Below, one piece after another: positions 56,209-64,000 of a stretch of DNA of 64,000 nt. Every line of letters begins with the position of its first letter. The first letter of the stretch is position 1. Source of the stretch: a virus. Location of the stretch: IMG/VR virus record IMGVR_UViG_3300039412_000320, one strand, 5' to 3'. Both the position numbers and the translations under genes were made by a program. A model generated the notes under the pieces. That model was not told the origin of the DNA and did no database searches. It saw nothing but the letters and a program-made list of their open reading frames with translations.

Positions 56209-56820
56209 ATGAGTTGCCACGCTCACCGTCGCTGGCAGCAGCAACTCAGGGAAACATGGTTGAGAGAGTGCCCGGTTGATTATCGGTTTTTCTTGGGTAG
56301 TCCCAAATTGGAAAATGCTGATGATGATGAGGTTTCGCTGAATGTTTCTGACACATACGGAGACCTCTCATCCAAGGTCCAAGCTGCATATCAATGGGTG
56401 ATAATGTACAGCTATGACCACGTTTTTAAGTGTGATGTTGATACCTATGTTTGCACCCCTCGGTTACTCCGGTCGGGGTTTGAGCGGCATGACCATATAG
56501 GACAACGGGGTGTGGGGGAAAATAACCAACCCTACGGAGGCTCCGGGTACTGGCTCAGTAGGAAAGCGTTAGAGTTTCTTGCGTCAGCGCCCTGCTTAAA
56601 GGACACCCGTTGCTACAACGATGAGGATTGGTGGGTATGGGCAACGCTGTCATTTAATAGCGTTTGTCCCACAGAGCACGATGGTCGTTACAGTATGACG
56701 GAGGGAAGGGTCCCTCTCCCGGAAAACGACATCATCACTTACCACCCACACACACTTACCACCGAAGAACGTTTCATGGGCATTCAAATGGTCCACGAAA
56801 AGGCCAAGGAGATTAGATGA
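56209..56820 (+). CDS. GT31-family (Fringe/beta-1,3-galactosyltransferase-like) glycosyltransferase
   Basis: HRRWQQQLRETW fits the GT31 signature RR..IR.TW. It also has a DxD-like KCDVDTYV and YGGSGYWLSRKAL (GT31 GGGyvlSr motif). Start taken at the ATG at 56209; the ORF track starts at TTG 56188. Confidence 0.6.
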   Translation: MSCHAHRRWQQQLRETWLRECPVDYRFFLGSPKLENADDDEVSLNVSDTYGDLSSKVQAAYQWVIMYSYDHVFKCDVDTYVCTPRLLRSGFERHDHIGQRGVGENNQPYGGSGYWLSRKALEFLASAPCLKDTRCYNDEDWWVWATLSFNSVCPTEHDGRYSMTEGRVPLPENDIITYHPHTLTTEERFMGIQMVHEKAKEIR

Positions 56821-56833
56821 ATTTGGTAGCACT

Positions 56834-56870
56834 ATGTAGTGTGAGATGTAGTGTGAGATGTAAGGTGACG
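56834..56870 (+). repeat. Tandem 12-nt direct repeat (ATGTAGTGTGAG x2 plus a degenerate third copy)
   Basis: ATGTAGTGTGAG ATGTAGTGTGAG ATGTAAGGTGACG, directly downstream of the glycosyltransferase stop and upstream of the RNase P RNA-like element. Confidence 0.6.
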
Positions 56871-56959
56871 GCGTGAGCATCGGGAGCATGAGTTACTATC
56901 TTACTTTGAAGGCCCTTGACCCGGATGGGTCGAAGGGAATCTTCGCTCCTAATAATCCC

Positions 56960-57205
56960 AAGTTTGGAAAAGGTTTGTGGACTGGACAACTGCTGCCCCG
57001 CAAGGGGGAGAGGAAAGTCGGAGCTACACAGAGCACCGTGCGGGGTAACGCCCCGGCGCAGTAGCAATACTGCGACAATTAGAGCAACAGAGACGAGCCG
57101 GTTAAGTCCGGGTGAAACGGGCAATCTTCACGGGGAGCAATCTCGAATAGGAGGGGATGAACCTGCTCGGTTCGCTATAACCCTCGGGTTGAGAGCTTGA
57201 CCCCC
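56960..57205 (+). ncRNA. rnpB: RNase P RNA-like element (bacterial type A-like, apparently minimised)
   Basis: Collinear matches to E. coli M1 RNA conserved regions. (1) GAGAGGAAAGUCGGAGCUACACAGAGCA matches GGAGGAAAGUCCGGGCUCCAUAGGGCA. (2) Hairpin CGGGG-UAACG-CCCCG matches CCAGG-UAACG-CCUGG, with compensatory changes. (3) GCAACAGAGA is an exact 10-mer. (4) CCGGGUGAAACGGG matches AGGGUGAAAGGGUG. (5) GAUGAACCUGCUCGGUUCGC matches GACAGAACCCGGCUUAUCGG, with AGUCGG/UCGGUU able to form P4. It has a short GCAA-capped P3. Boundaries are approximate. No credible protein ORF covers the region. Confidence 0.45.
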
Positions 57206-57323
57206 CTAGTAATAGGGGGGGCTAGATTGATGGTTGTCGCCTCGCAAGAGGAACAAAACTCCGCTTATAAGTCCACAAATAATTTAGTGATTTGACTACG
57301 GCAACCTTATTAGAGAGATTGCC

Positions 57324-57788
57324 ATGAAACAAAGTAAGTCACAAAAGCGGTTGAATGCGGACTATACAAGACAGTTAGGTATGAGTCCGGGGTCAGCTAC
57401 CCATAAGCTTACTCGAAACCTTCTTTTTAGGTACATCCAACAAAACCACGATGATGTTTGTTATCGCTGTGGTTCAAAGATTGAGACGTTAGCATCTTTT
57501 AGCATTGAACACAAAGAGCCTTGGCGTAATTCGGACCCGAATCTGTTTTGGGATTTAGAAAATATTTCGTTTGCCCATAAAAAATGCAATATTCAGGCAG
57601 CCCAACACATCGGAAAAAGAGTAATAGGTCCACCGGGAACAAGCTGGTGCTCAAATCACAAAATGTTTTTTCCTGTTGATAGGTTTTATAAAAACCGGTC
57701 AATGTGGAATGGGTTACACCGTCAGTGTAAAGAGTGTCATAAAAATTGGAAGAAGGCTTATAGGTCCACAAAATTTTCAGTATTATAG
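57324..57788 (+). CDS. HNH homing endonuclease
   Basis: CYRCGSKIE...FSIEHKEPWRNSDPNLFWDLENISFAHKKCN is an HNH core with a zinc ribbon. Confidence 0.65.
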   Translation: MKQSKSQKRLNADYTRQLGMSPGSATHKLTRNLLFRYIQQNHDDVCYRCGSKIETLASFSIEHKEPWRNSDPNLFWDLENISFAHKKCNIQAAQHIGKRVIGPPGTSWCSNHKMFFPVDRFYKNRSMWNGLHRQCKECHKNWKKAYRSTKFSVL

Positions 57789-58076
57789 CTTGGTGCGTGA
57801 TGCGAATCAGCGCTGCTTGACCACGGATTTACTCAGCAATGGGAGCCGAGCTAGTAACTCTTTTACCGGGGGCCGCAAGAAGAGTGCGGATAGTCGGCTC
57901 ACTTCCAATTCCGCCGACGATAAAGATTGTAGGATGGTGAACAAGGCTACCCTATCGGGTCGAACCTTACTTTAGTTAGTAGTTGTGATTGGTCGTTTGT
58001 GGTCGCTGTTGTTGCGATTATTGATTAGGACCCACGACGCTGACTTGTTGGTCCCCGTCCAAATTCAAGGAGGCAT

Positions 58077-58712
58077 ATGAAATCCGATTCCGCATTTATC
58101 GCCGTAGTTTTAGACCGTTCCGGTTCCATGAGCATCGTCAAGGATGCGACCATCGACGGCTTCAACGAGTTCATCAATGGGCAGAAGCAGCAGCCCGGAG
58201 AAGCCCATCTCCTGTTGGTCCAATTCGACTCCATTGACCCCCATGAAATCGTTATCGACGCACCTTTGACGGACGTTCCAAATCTGACCAAGGACACCTT
58301 CTCCCCACGGGAGAACACTCCCCTGCATGACGCCATGGGGTGGACGATTATCGAGGTTGGCGAGCGGCTGGAAAAGATGCCGGAAGAGGAGCGCCCGGAG
58401 AAGGTCATCATCGTCATCCTCACGGATGGTCATGAGAACGCCAGCAAGGAATTCACGAAGGAAAATGTGGCGAACATGGTGAAGCACCAGACAGAGAAGT
58501 ACAACTGGACCTTCATCTTCTTGGGAGCCAATCAGAACGCCGTTCTGACCGCCAAGGGATTCAACATTTCGGCGGATACTTCCATGAGCTACAACAACAA
58601 CCCCTCCTCCACTCAGGAGGTATACCTTGCCGTAAGCGCCAACACCAGCGCCGTCCGGCGTGGTCTCAAGGCGTCGTTCACTTCCGCCCAACGGAAGGCG
58701 GCAAAACAGTAG
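58077..58712 (+). CDS. von Willebrand factor A (vWA) domain protein
   Basis: AVVLDRSGSM is the MIDAS DxSxS motif; it is followed by IIVILTDGHEN and a Rossmann-like alternation. RBS AGGAGG. Confidence 0.7.
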   Translation: MKSDSAFIAVVLDRSGSMSIVKDATIDGFNEFINGQKQQPGEAHLLLVQFDSIDPHEIVIDAPLTDVPNLTKDTFSPRENTPLHDAMGWTIIEVGERLEKMPEEERPEKVIIVILTDGHENASKEFTKENVANMVKHQTEKYNWTFIFLGANQNAVLTAKGFNISADTSMSYNNNPSSTQEVYLAVSANTSAVRRGLKASFTSAQRKAAKQ

Positions 58713-58749
58713 CCTGTTTGTATAGACAGGCTACCGAATCCTTATATAT

Positions 58750-58826
58750 GCGGGTGTAGTTCAGTCCGGTAGAACGCCAGCTTCCCAAGCTGGATGTCGT
58801 GGGTTCAAATCCCATCGCCCGCTCCA
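58750..58826 (+). tRNA. tRNA-Gly (CCC)
   Basis: Acceptor GCGGGTG/CGCCCGC. D arm GTTC-AGTCCGGTA-GAAC. Anticodon arm CCAGC-TTCCCAA-GCTGG. T arm GTGGG-TTCAAAT-CCCAT. CCA is encoded. Confidence 0.85.
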
Positions 58827-58828
58827 AT

Positions 58829-59023
58829 ATGCGTCACGTGGATACAATCCCCGACTGCCTCCTGCCTTTCATGACGCAAGAAAATTTCAATCTACTCGAA
58901 GCTACCCCGTGGTCAACCATTTTAGAGGAACGTAAGAGGCTCGCCGACGCTGGCAACTGGTATAGGCTGCAAGCAATAAACACCTACGTTTTTCAATATT
59001 ATAAGGACGGGAATAGACATTAG
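58829..59023 (+). CDS. Hypothetical small protein
   Basis: 64-aa ORF starting 3 nt after the tRNA. The longer ORF-track version overlaps the tRNA. Confidence 0.3.
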   Translation: MRHVDTIPDCLLPFMTQENFNLLEATPWSTILEERKRLADAGNWYRLQAINTYVFQYYKDGNRH

Positions 59024-59041
59024 ATTTTAAGTATTTGGTAT

Positions 59042-59671
59042 ATGGAACCCCTAGTGGGGGGCAATATGCCAAATATAGATTGGATTGGTAGGGAATTTGG
59101 GCTTTGGAGAGTCTTATCCCAAGGTAAGCGGGATGGGTATTTGCTGTGCTTGTGTCAAGGATGTAATAATCAAAAAGAGGTTGGGAAACAGACTCTCAAG
59201 AGAGGGACATCTACAAAATGCTTACAATGTAGGTACCGTAGCCAAAGGGGAAAACAATACCCTTGGGGTCCTCCGCAGTCTTCTCTCTCTGTAGAGGAGA
59301 TTTTTGTTAATAGACTCTTCTATCGGTACCGTCAACATGCAGAAGAACGGGGCCTTGAGTGGAAACTCACGAGAGAGGAGTTCTCCTCTATCATAAAGCG
59401 GGATTGTTACTGGGGCGGCTGTGCTCCGAAGATGAGGTTTATGCGCAAACACAAAAAGGATGTCAAGAGGGGTCGGGATGTTGGGATGATTGCAAATGGT
59501 ATTGACAGGTTGGACAACTCACTGGGGTATACTTTGGACAACACGGTTCCATGTTGCAAGGAGCATAATACCATGAAGTCTTCTCTCCCCGCCAATAGGT
59601 TCTTGGAATTAGTGAAGTCAGTATACATGCTTCATTGCAGGGGGGTTGATGAAAGCTCAGCTTTTGAGTGA
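59042..59671 (+). CDS. His-Me finger (HNH-like) homing endonuclease, paralog family A
   Basis: IDWIGREFGLWRVL...CLCQGCNN...TKCLQC and C-terminal ANGIDRLDNSLGYTLDNTVPCCKEHNTMK. A likely alternative start is ATG 59066 after GGGGGG. Confidence 0.7.
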   Translation: MEPLVGGNMPNIDWIGREFGLWRVLSQGKRDGYLLCLCQGCNNQKEVGKQTLKRGTSTKCLQCRYRSQRGKQYPWGPPQSSLSVEEIFVNRLFYRYRQHAEERGLEWKLTREEFSSIIKRDCYWGGCAPKMRFMRKHKKDVKRGRDVGMIANGIDRLDNSLGYTLDNTVPCCKEHNTMKSSLPANRFLELVKSVYMLHCRGVDESSAFE

Positions 59672-60383
59672 TATCCATTCTGAATTTTATAAAAATCCCC
59701 TTGAGTTCCTAGACTCCTTGGAGTTTTCTCCTAACCTTGATTTCCTTTTACTTCCCGGAGACCTCGTGGTACCCTGCTCACAAGGTAAGGAAAAGACCAA
59801 ACGGGTTGTAGATTACTTTGCTAGGAAGGCTCGCCACTGCATTTTTACTTGCGGAAACCATTGCTATTATTATGGTACTAAAGAAGCTGCCGAGGGAATC
59901 CTTATTTCCGTAATGCCTTCAAATTTCCACTGGTTAAGGAATTCTGTCGAGACGGTTGACGGAATTGGGTTTTTCGGTGGAGCAATGTGGTTTCCTGATG
60001 CCCCCCATAATAAGATGTATGAAGACCAATTAAGCGATTTTCTTGTTATTAGGGGATTTAAGGACTGGGTATACGAGGAAAATCATAAATTTATAGAAGC
60101 GGGCAAAAAATATATCACTGACAAGACCATTGTCCTTACCCATCACGTTCCCGCCTATAGTGTAGTTGCTCCAGTCTTTCAAGGCGATAATCTAAACCGA
60201 TTTTTTGTTTGTGATATGACTCACCTTATTTTAAAGAGAAAGCCGCCCCTATGGGTTTATGGGCATACCCACCTCCCCGGAAATAGAATGATGGGGGAAA
60301 CAAGGATTGTAGCAAACCCGTATGGATATCCTTTAGAAAGGAAAAATTTAGGGCCGTATCCTCCCGTTGTTTTTGAAATCTAG
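59646..60383 (+). CDS. Calcineurin-like metallophosphoesterase
   Basis: Motifs LSDIHSE, LLPGDLV, CGNHC, LTHHVP and YGHTHLP are in canonical order. Confidence 0.7.
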   Translation: MMKAQLLSDIHSEFYKNPLEFLDSLEFSPNLDFLLLPGDLVVPCSQGKEKTKRVVDYFARKARHCIFTCGNHCYYYGTKEAAEGILISVMPSNFHWLRNSVETVDGIGFFGGAMWFPDAPHNKMYEDQLSDFLVIRGFKDWVYEENHKFIEAGKKYITDKTIVLTHHVPAYSVVAPVFQGDNLNRFFVCDMTHLILKRKPPLWVYGHTHLPGNRMMGETRIVANPYGYPLERKNLGPYPPVVFEI

Positions 60384-60402
60384 CGAAGCAGTATTATTAC
60401 TC

Positions 60403-60760
60403 ATGAACCCCGCCGTTGTAGCCGCCATCATCAAAAAATACGGAACTCACCTTGCCGGGGGTGAGTACGAGATTTTTGTTTCCCTCGCCGACGTGCAATC
60501 CATTCCGGTCGGCTCCGGGATGCGTGAGTACCAAGAACGGCCGCCGCAACGGGGTCGTCCTCCGCTTGTTTCAACGCCCGCAGGTTATCGACATCACCGC
60601 CACGGTGACCGACCTTGAAGGTAACCCCATCGTGAAAGCTCCCCCCGCTCCCCCGCCTGAACCGCCTCCTACCCCGGCCCCCGAGCCATTGTCAAAAGAC
60701 CCAATCTTTCAGACACTTGTAGATGTTGCCTCCTCCGCTACTCCCCCACCCCAAGCCTAA
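60403..60760 (+). other. Possible single gene split across two reading frames (frameshift or sequencing error) with a Pro-rich C-terminus
   Basis: Frame A (60403 onward) reads MNPAVVAAIIKKYGTHLAGGEYEIFVSLADVQSIPVGSGM and then turns to low-quality sequence. Frame B (+1), from about 60530, reads ...NGVVLRLFQRPQVIDITATVTDLEGNPIVKAPPAPPPEPPPTPAPEP...TPPPQA*. Confidence 0.3.
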
Positions 60761-60803
60761 CCAGTAAGTTCCGTCTTTTCAGATTCTATTTAGAGGGAAA
60801 ACT

Positions 60804-62255
60804 ATGCGCAACCCACTGTTGTGTCCAAAGACGGCTATCTTGACTTCACCCAGTTATCTGGAGTCTCTCTATTCCCTCCTTTCGGGTGACCAAAGAAATG
60901 ACCGGTCCGCTTATCTCGAAGCCCGTCAGCATCTTGGCTCCGCCATCAACACCGTATCGGCAAAGATTCCCCCCAAGAGTCGGTTGACCAGAGATATCCG
61001 CTTTGCTCGCTGGGATATGGAGACCGCTAACGCCTTCGCCAAATCGGGAGATTGGGGCGCAGCAGCAGATAGCCAGCTACACGCTGTCTGGAAACTCCAG
61101 AACGTCGTAGCGGCCCTCCAGCGCAGCAAAAAGGCATACGGGTATGATGTTTGTCTTACCGCTGACTCTCAACTTCCGCTGCTGGACGGAACAGAAATAG
61201 CCATAGTTGACCTTCTAGGAAAGGACCATTTCTGGGTTTATTCAATAAACGAGAAGGGAATGCTTAGACCCGGATACGGGCATGACGCCCGACTGGTTGA
61301 AAAAGATGCCCCCCTACTAGAAGTAAGGTTGGACAACGGTAAAACTATAAGGTGTACCTTTACCGAGAGATTTATGCTAAGAGGGGGAGGATACAAACGG
61401 GCAGCAGAACTTATCCCCGGAGATTCCTTGATGCCTCTCTACAGAGACTTGGCTCCGATTGCTTTTGAGGGTAATGAATATGAAAGGACATACGAGCCGG
61501 GTAGAGAATCGTGGAAGTTTACCCATCGTTTTGCGGAAGCTAGATGTCCAAAGGGGTATGTAAGACATCATAAAGATTTGAATCGCTTCAACAATTCCCC
61601 TGACAATCTCGCTGTTATAACTTGGGAAGAACATCAGAAATTGCATCAAGAGTTGGGAGTTCCAGTTACAGATAAAGGGCGGACGGCACGTAGCCGTAAC
61701 ATGTCCAAAATTAACTCTGACCGCAAGGGGAAACCACGTCCTTGGGCACACTTTCCTCATCCGTGGGTGAATAAAGAAGAAAAGGCCAATATTTTGGTGA
61801 AATACAGGGAGTTGTTGGGGGAAGAGGGGTTTGTTGTTGCCCAGAAGCACAGAAGTCAACTAGCTACCCACAAACGCTGGCACACAGACCGCCAGATAGT
61901 CTCTGCCACTTGTTTGCTTTGTGCCTCCGTTAATCATAAGGTGGTATCAGTCGCATCTGCTGGTACTGCTGATGTATATGATTTTATTGTTGATAAGTAT
62001 CATAATTTCGCTTTGAGTGCCGGGGTTTTTGTACATAACAGTGGGCAAACACAGGGAGAAATTTTCAACGGCTCGGAGGCAATTGCCAACCGGGAAAACC
62101 AGAAGAATATTGACGACACGGCACAGCCGTTTGAGCAGCACCAGAATGTTAAAAATCCACTAAATCTAACAAGGGACTGGGAGGCGGAGAACGACTACCC
62201 CTCGCTCGCTGAAAAGAAGAGCAAGCGGATTCACTGGCCTCCCCGACTGAGATAA
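60804..62255 (+). CDS. Small hypothetical protein interrupted by an HNH-containing intein
   Basis: Exteins are aa 1-116 and the last 71 aa. The central 296 aa show intein termini. Confidence 0.65.
   Translation: MRNPLLCPKTAILTSPSYLESLYSLLSGDQRNDRSAYLEARQHLGSAINTVSAKIPPKSRLTRDIRFARWDMETANAFAKSGDWGAAADSQLHAVWKLQNVVAALQRSKKAYGYDVCLTADSQLPLLDGTEIAIVDLLGKDHFWVYSINEKGMLRPGYGHDARLVEKDAPLLEVRLDNGKTIRCTFTERFMLRGGGYKRAAELIPGDSLMPLYRDLAPIAFEGNEYERTYEPGRESWKFTHRFAEARCPKGYVRHHKDLNRFNNSPDNLAVITWEEHQKLHQELGVPVTDKGRTARSRNMSKINSDRKGKPRPWAHFPHPWVNKEEKANILVKYRELLGEEGFVVAQKHRSQLATHKRWHTDRQIVSATCLLCASVNHKVVSVASAGTADVYDFIVDKYHNFALSAGVFVHNSGQTQGEIFNGSEAIANRENQKNIDDTAQPFEQHQNVKNPLNLTRDWEAENDYPSLAEKKSKRIHWPPRLR
61152..62039 (+). 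mobile_element. Intein with embedded HNH endonuclease domain
   Basis: Begins [21 protein letters not shown] (block A). Internal [27 protein letters not shown] is an HNH motif. Ends [24 protein letters not shown] followed by +1 Ser (block G, HN|S). Confidence 0.75.
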
Positions 62256-63607
62256 TGCCAGCTATCAGAGTCATAGACCCGGTCAACCCCAACTCCGTTT
62301 TCACTATCGACGGCATCCTCGTCACGTATGTGAAGCCGTGGAATAATACCATCACCTATCAGTTTGGCAACGCCCTCACCTACAACGGCTCCTCGTGGAT
62401 TTCGCTCCAGAACAACAACCGGGGCAACACCCCCTTCGTCGGCTCCACGTGGTGGGGTCTCATTGCCCAGAGTGTGACCGGCACGACCGGCCCTACGGGG
62501 CCGCTCGGTGCCACAGGACCGGGAAACTTTACAGGGTATACCGGCTACAGCGGCCCCAGCGGTTTCACGGGTTACACTGGTCCGGGCAATTTTACAGGAT
62601 ATTCGGGTCCGACCGGTTACACTGGAGATTCTGGGCCGACCGGACCTACCGGACCCGGCATAACCGGATATACAGGAACGACCGGACCTACTGGGCCGGG
62701 TAATTTTACCGGTTTCACGGGCTATACGGGGGACAGCGGCCCCACGGGTCCCGGCAACTTTACCGGATATTCGGGGTATACAGGACCGATTGGGCCAGCT
62801 GGGTATACCGGCTATACCGGTCCTGAAAGCACGGGGTACACAGGCTTTACAGGAGCCAGTGGATTCACCGGACCCACCGGACCGGGGAACTTCACGGGTT
62901 ACACTGGTTACACGGGAACGAGCGGCTACACAGGTCCAACTGGACCCGGAAATTCCACAGGTTATACGGGATATTCGGGGGCTACAGGGCCTACCGGACC
63001 GGGCAATTTTACTGGGTCTACAGGCTACAGCGGATATACGGGAGCGACCGGTCCGGGCAATTTTACAGGTTACACAGGATACACGGGTTATACCGGAGTA
63101 ACTGGTTACACTGGACCCAGTGTCACCGGATATACGGGCTATTCAGGATACACAGGTTACACAGGACCCGGTAATTTTACGGGTTACTCAGGTTACACCG
63201 GCTACACGGGACCGATTGGTTATACGGGTTACACAGGCTATACGGGACCTTCATCGGGAGCCATTGTTTTTGTTATTGACGGCAGAGGTTCGGTGCCTGC
63301 CACAGGGTCGTATGGGTATGTTCAAGTTCCCTACAACGCAACCATCACAGGTTGGACATTGCTCGCCAACGCCTCGGGCACAGCACAGATTACCATCAAG
63401 AAATGTACTTATGCAAGCTTCCCCACGACCGCCAGTATTGTAGCGTCTGCTCCTCCCAACTTAAGTGGGCCACAGCAGAATAATACCAGCACTGCGGTAG
63501 ATACGTGGACAAGGACCCTGACGCTGGGGGATGTTTTAGAGTTTAACCTTGACGCCGCCGCAACCGTCAACCGACTGGCGCTGATGCTGGATATTACGAG
63601 GAGCTAA
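62255..63607 (+). CDS. Collagen-like triple-helix repeat protein (probable fibre) with globular C-terminal domain
   Basis: About 250 aa of G-X-(T/S) triplets ([38 protein letters not shown]...) with a recurring GPGNFTGY unit. The start overlaps the previous stop (TAATG). Confidence 0.7.
   Translation: MPAIRVIDPVNPNSVFTIDGILVTYVKPWNNTITYQFGNALTYNGSSWISLQNNNRGNTPFVGSTWWGLIAQSVTGTTGPTGPLGATGPGNFTGYTGYSGPSGFTGYTGPGNFTGYSGPTGYTGDSGPTGPTGPGITGYTGTTGPTGPGNFTGFTGYTGDSGPTGPGNFTGYSGYTGPIGPAGYTGYTGPESTGYTGFTGASGFTGPTGPGNFTGYTGYTGTSGYTGPTGPGNSTGYTGYSGATGPTGPGNFTGSTGYSGYTGATGPGNFTGYTGYTGYTGVTGYTGPSVTGYTGYSGYTGYTGPGNFTGYSGYTGYTGPIGYTGYTGYTGPSSGAIVFVIDGRGSVPATGSYGYVQVPYNATITGWTLLANASGTAQITIKKCTYASFPTTASIVASAPPNLSGPQQNNTSTAVDTWTRTLTLGDVLEFNLDAAATVNRLALMLDITRS
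62500..63250 (+). repeat. Tandem 9-nt-periodic nucleotide repeat encoding the collagen-like region
   Basis: Reiterated GGN TAC ACN / GGN CCN ACN units. They generate long shadow ORFs in the other two forward frames. Confidence 0.7.
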
Positions 63608-64000
63608 TGGCGAACACGCTCATTTGCGGGTTCGAGATGGGGAGCACCAACGAAGGTCTTCCAAGTGGTGGAACTGCGACGGTTGAAGTCATTGCCGCCG
63701 CCCGCCGCACGGGAAACTATGGTCTGCATGTGAAAGCGGCAGCGGGTCAGACCGGATATTTGTACTTCTACCAAGAAACCGCTGTTGGTGTTTATGCTCA
63801 GTTTGTTCAGAGCTACCGATTTTACTTTCAGCTTTTGCACCTCCCCGGCACTACCGTTGTGTTTGCTCAGGTATATAACAGCGCAAACACCCAATCATAT
63901 ATTGGCATCAACCCAAGCGGCACCCTATATTGTCAAACGACTACAGGTAACACATCTGCCAACAGCACTCAGGCTCTTACGGTAGATGGCTTGTGGCATC
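63607..64000 (+). CDS. Hypothetical protein (partial, continues past the window end)
   Basis: ORF starting with a TAATG overlap to the collagen-like gene. It has no stop within the window. Confidence 0.45.
   Translation, partial: MANTLICGFEMGSTNEGLPSGGTATVEVIAAARRTGNYGLHVKAAAGQTGYLYFYQETAVGVYAQFVQSYRFYFQLLHLPGTTVVFAQVYNSANTQSYIGINPSGTLYCQTTTGNTSANSTQALTVDGLWH

Noticed and set aside
56813-57200. Four overlapping ORFs (56813-57124 -, 56873-57064 +, 56896-57078 -, 56916-57200 +)
   Set aside because: They overlap one another on both strands across the RNase P RNA-like element. None has a motif or RBS, and the RNA interpretation explains the conservation blocks better.
4947-58691. Numerous 60-285-aa ORFs antisense or out of frame within the giant structural genes and others (for example 4947-5573, 10995-11528, 16664-17467, 19010-19747, 25958-26533, 27691-28302, 37418-38275, 43215-44012, 47566-48117, 50149-50760, 58110-58691)
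   Set aside because: They are fully embedded in longer, motif-supported genes on the other strand or frame, and have low-complexity Arg/Gly/Pro-rich composition typical of shadow ORFs in GC-rich coding DNA.
62395-63443. Three long alternative-frame ORFs inside the collagen-like gene (62395-62703, 62790-63101, 63120-63443)
   Set aside because: They are produced by the 9-nt periodic repeat (GGN-TAC-ACN), which keeps all frames open. Only the G-X-T frame gives a sensible protein.
1-64000. CRISPR arrays, rRNA genes, integrase or transposase genes, att-like direct repeats
   Set aside because: No regularly spaced direct repeats, no rRNA-like conserved stretches and no recombinase motifs were seen. 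The mobile DNA here consists of homing endonucleases and inteins rather than transposons.

Overview
This 64-kb window looks like part of a very large (jumbo-type) tailed-phage or prophage genome that has been heavily invaded by selfish elements. Coordinates 5-41655 hold a single minus-strand tail/baseplate/fibre module: a tape-measure protein, an SLT-domain hub protein, five 800-1900-aa fibre/adhesin-like giants, a GH24 lysozyme and an RlpA-like secreted protein. That module is interrupted by two GIY-YIG and three His-Me/HNH homing-endonuclease genes. The plus strand then carries a replication/nucleotide block: another GIY-YIG gene, a DnaB-like helicase, an intein-containing class II ribonucleotide reductase, another GIY-YIG gene and an HslV-like Ntn peptidase. 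Next comes a roughly 7.6-kb translation island with about 13-15 tRNAs (several non-canonical), a tmRNA and an RNase P RNA-like element, interleaved with four more HNH endonucleases. The last part encodes a GT31-family glycosyltransferase, a vWA protein, a metallophosphoesterase, a second intein with an HNH domain, and a collagen-like repeat protein. All assignments come from manual motif reading and manual RNA folding; no database search was run.
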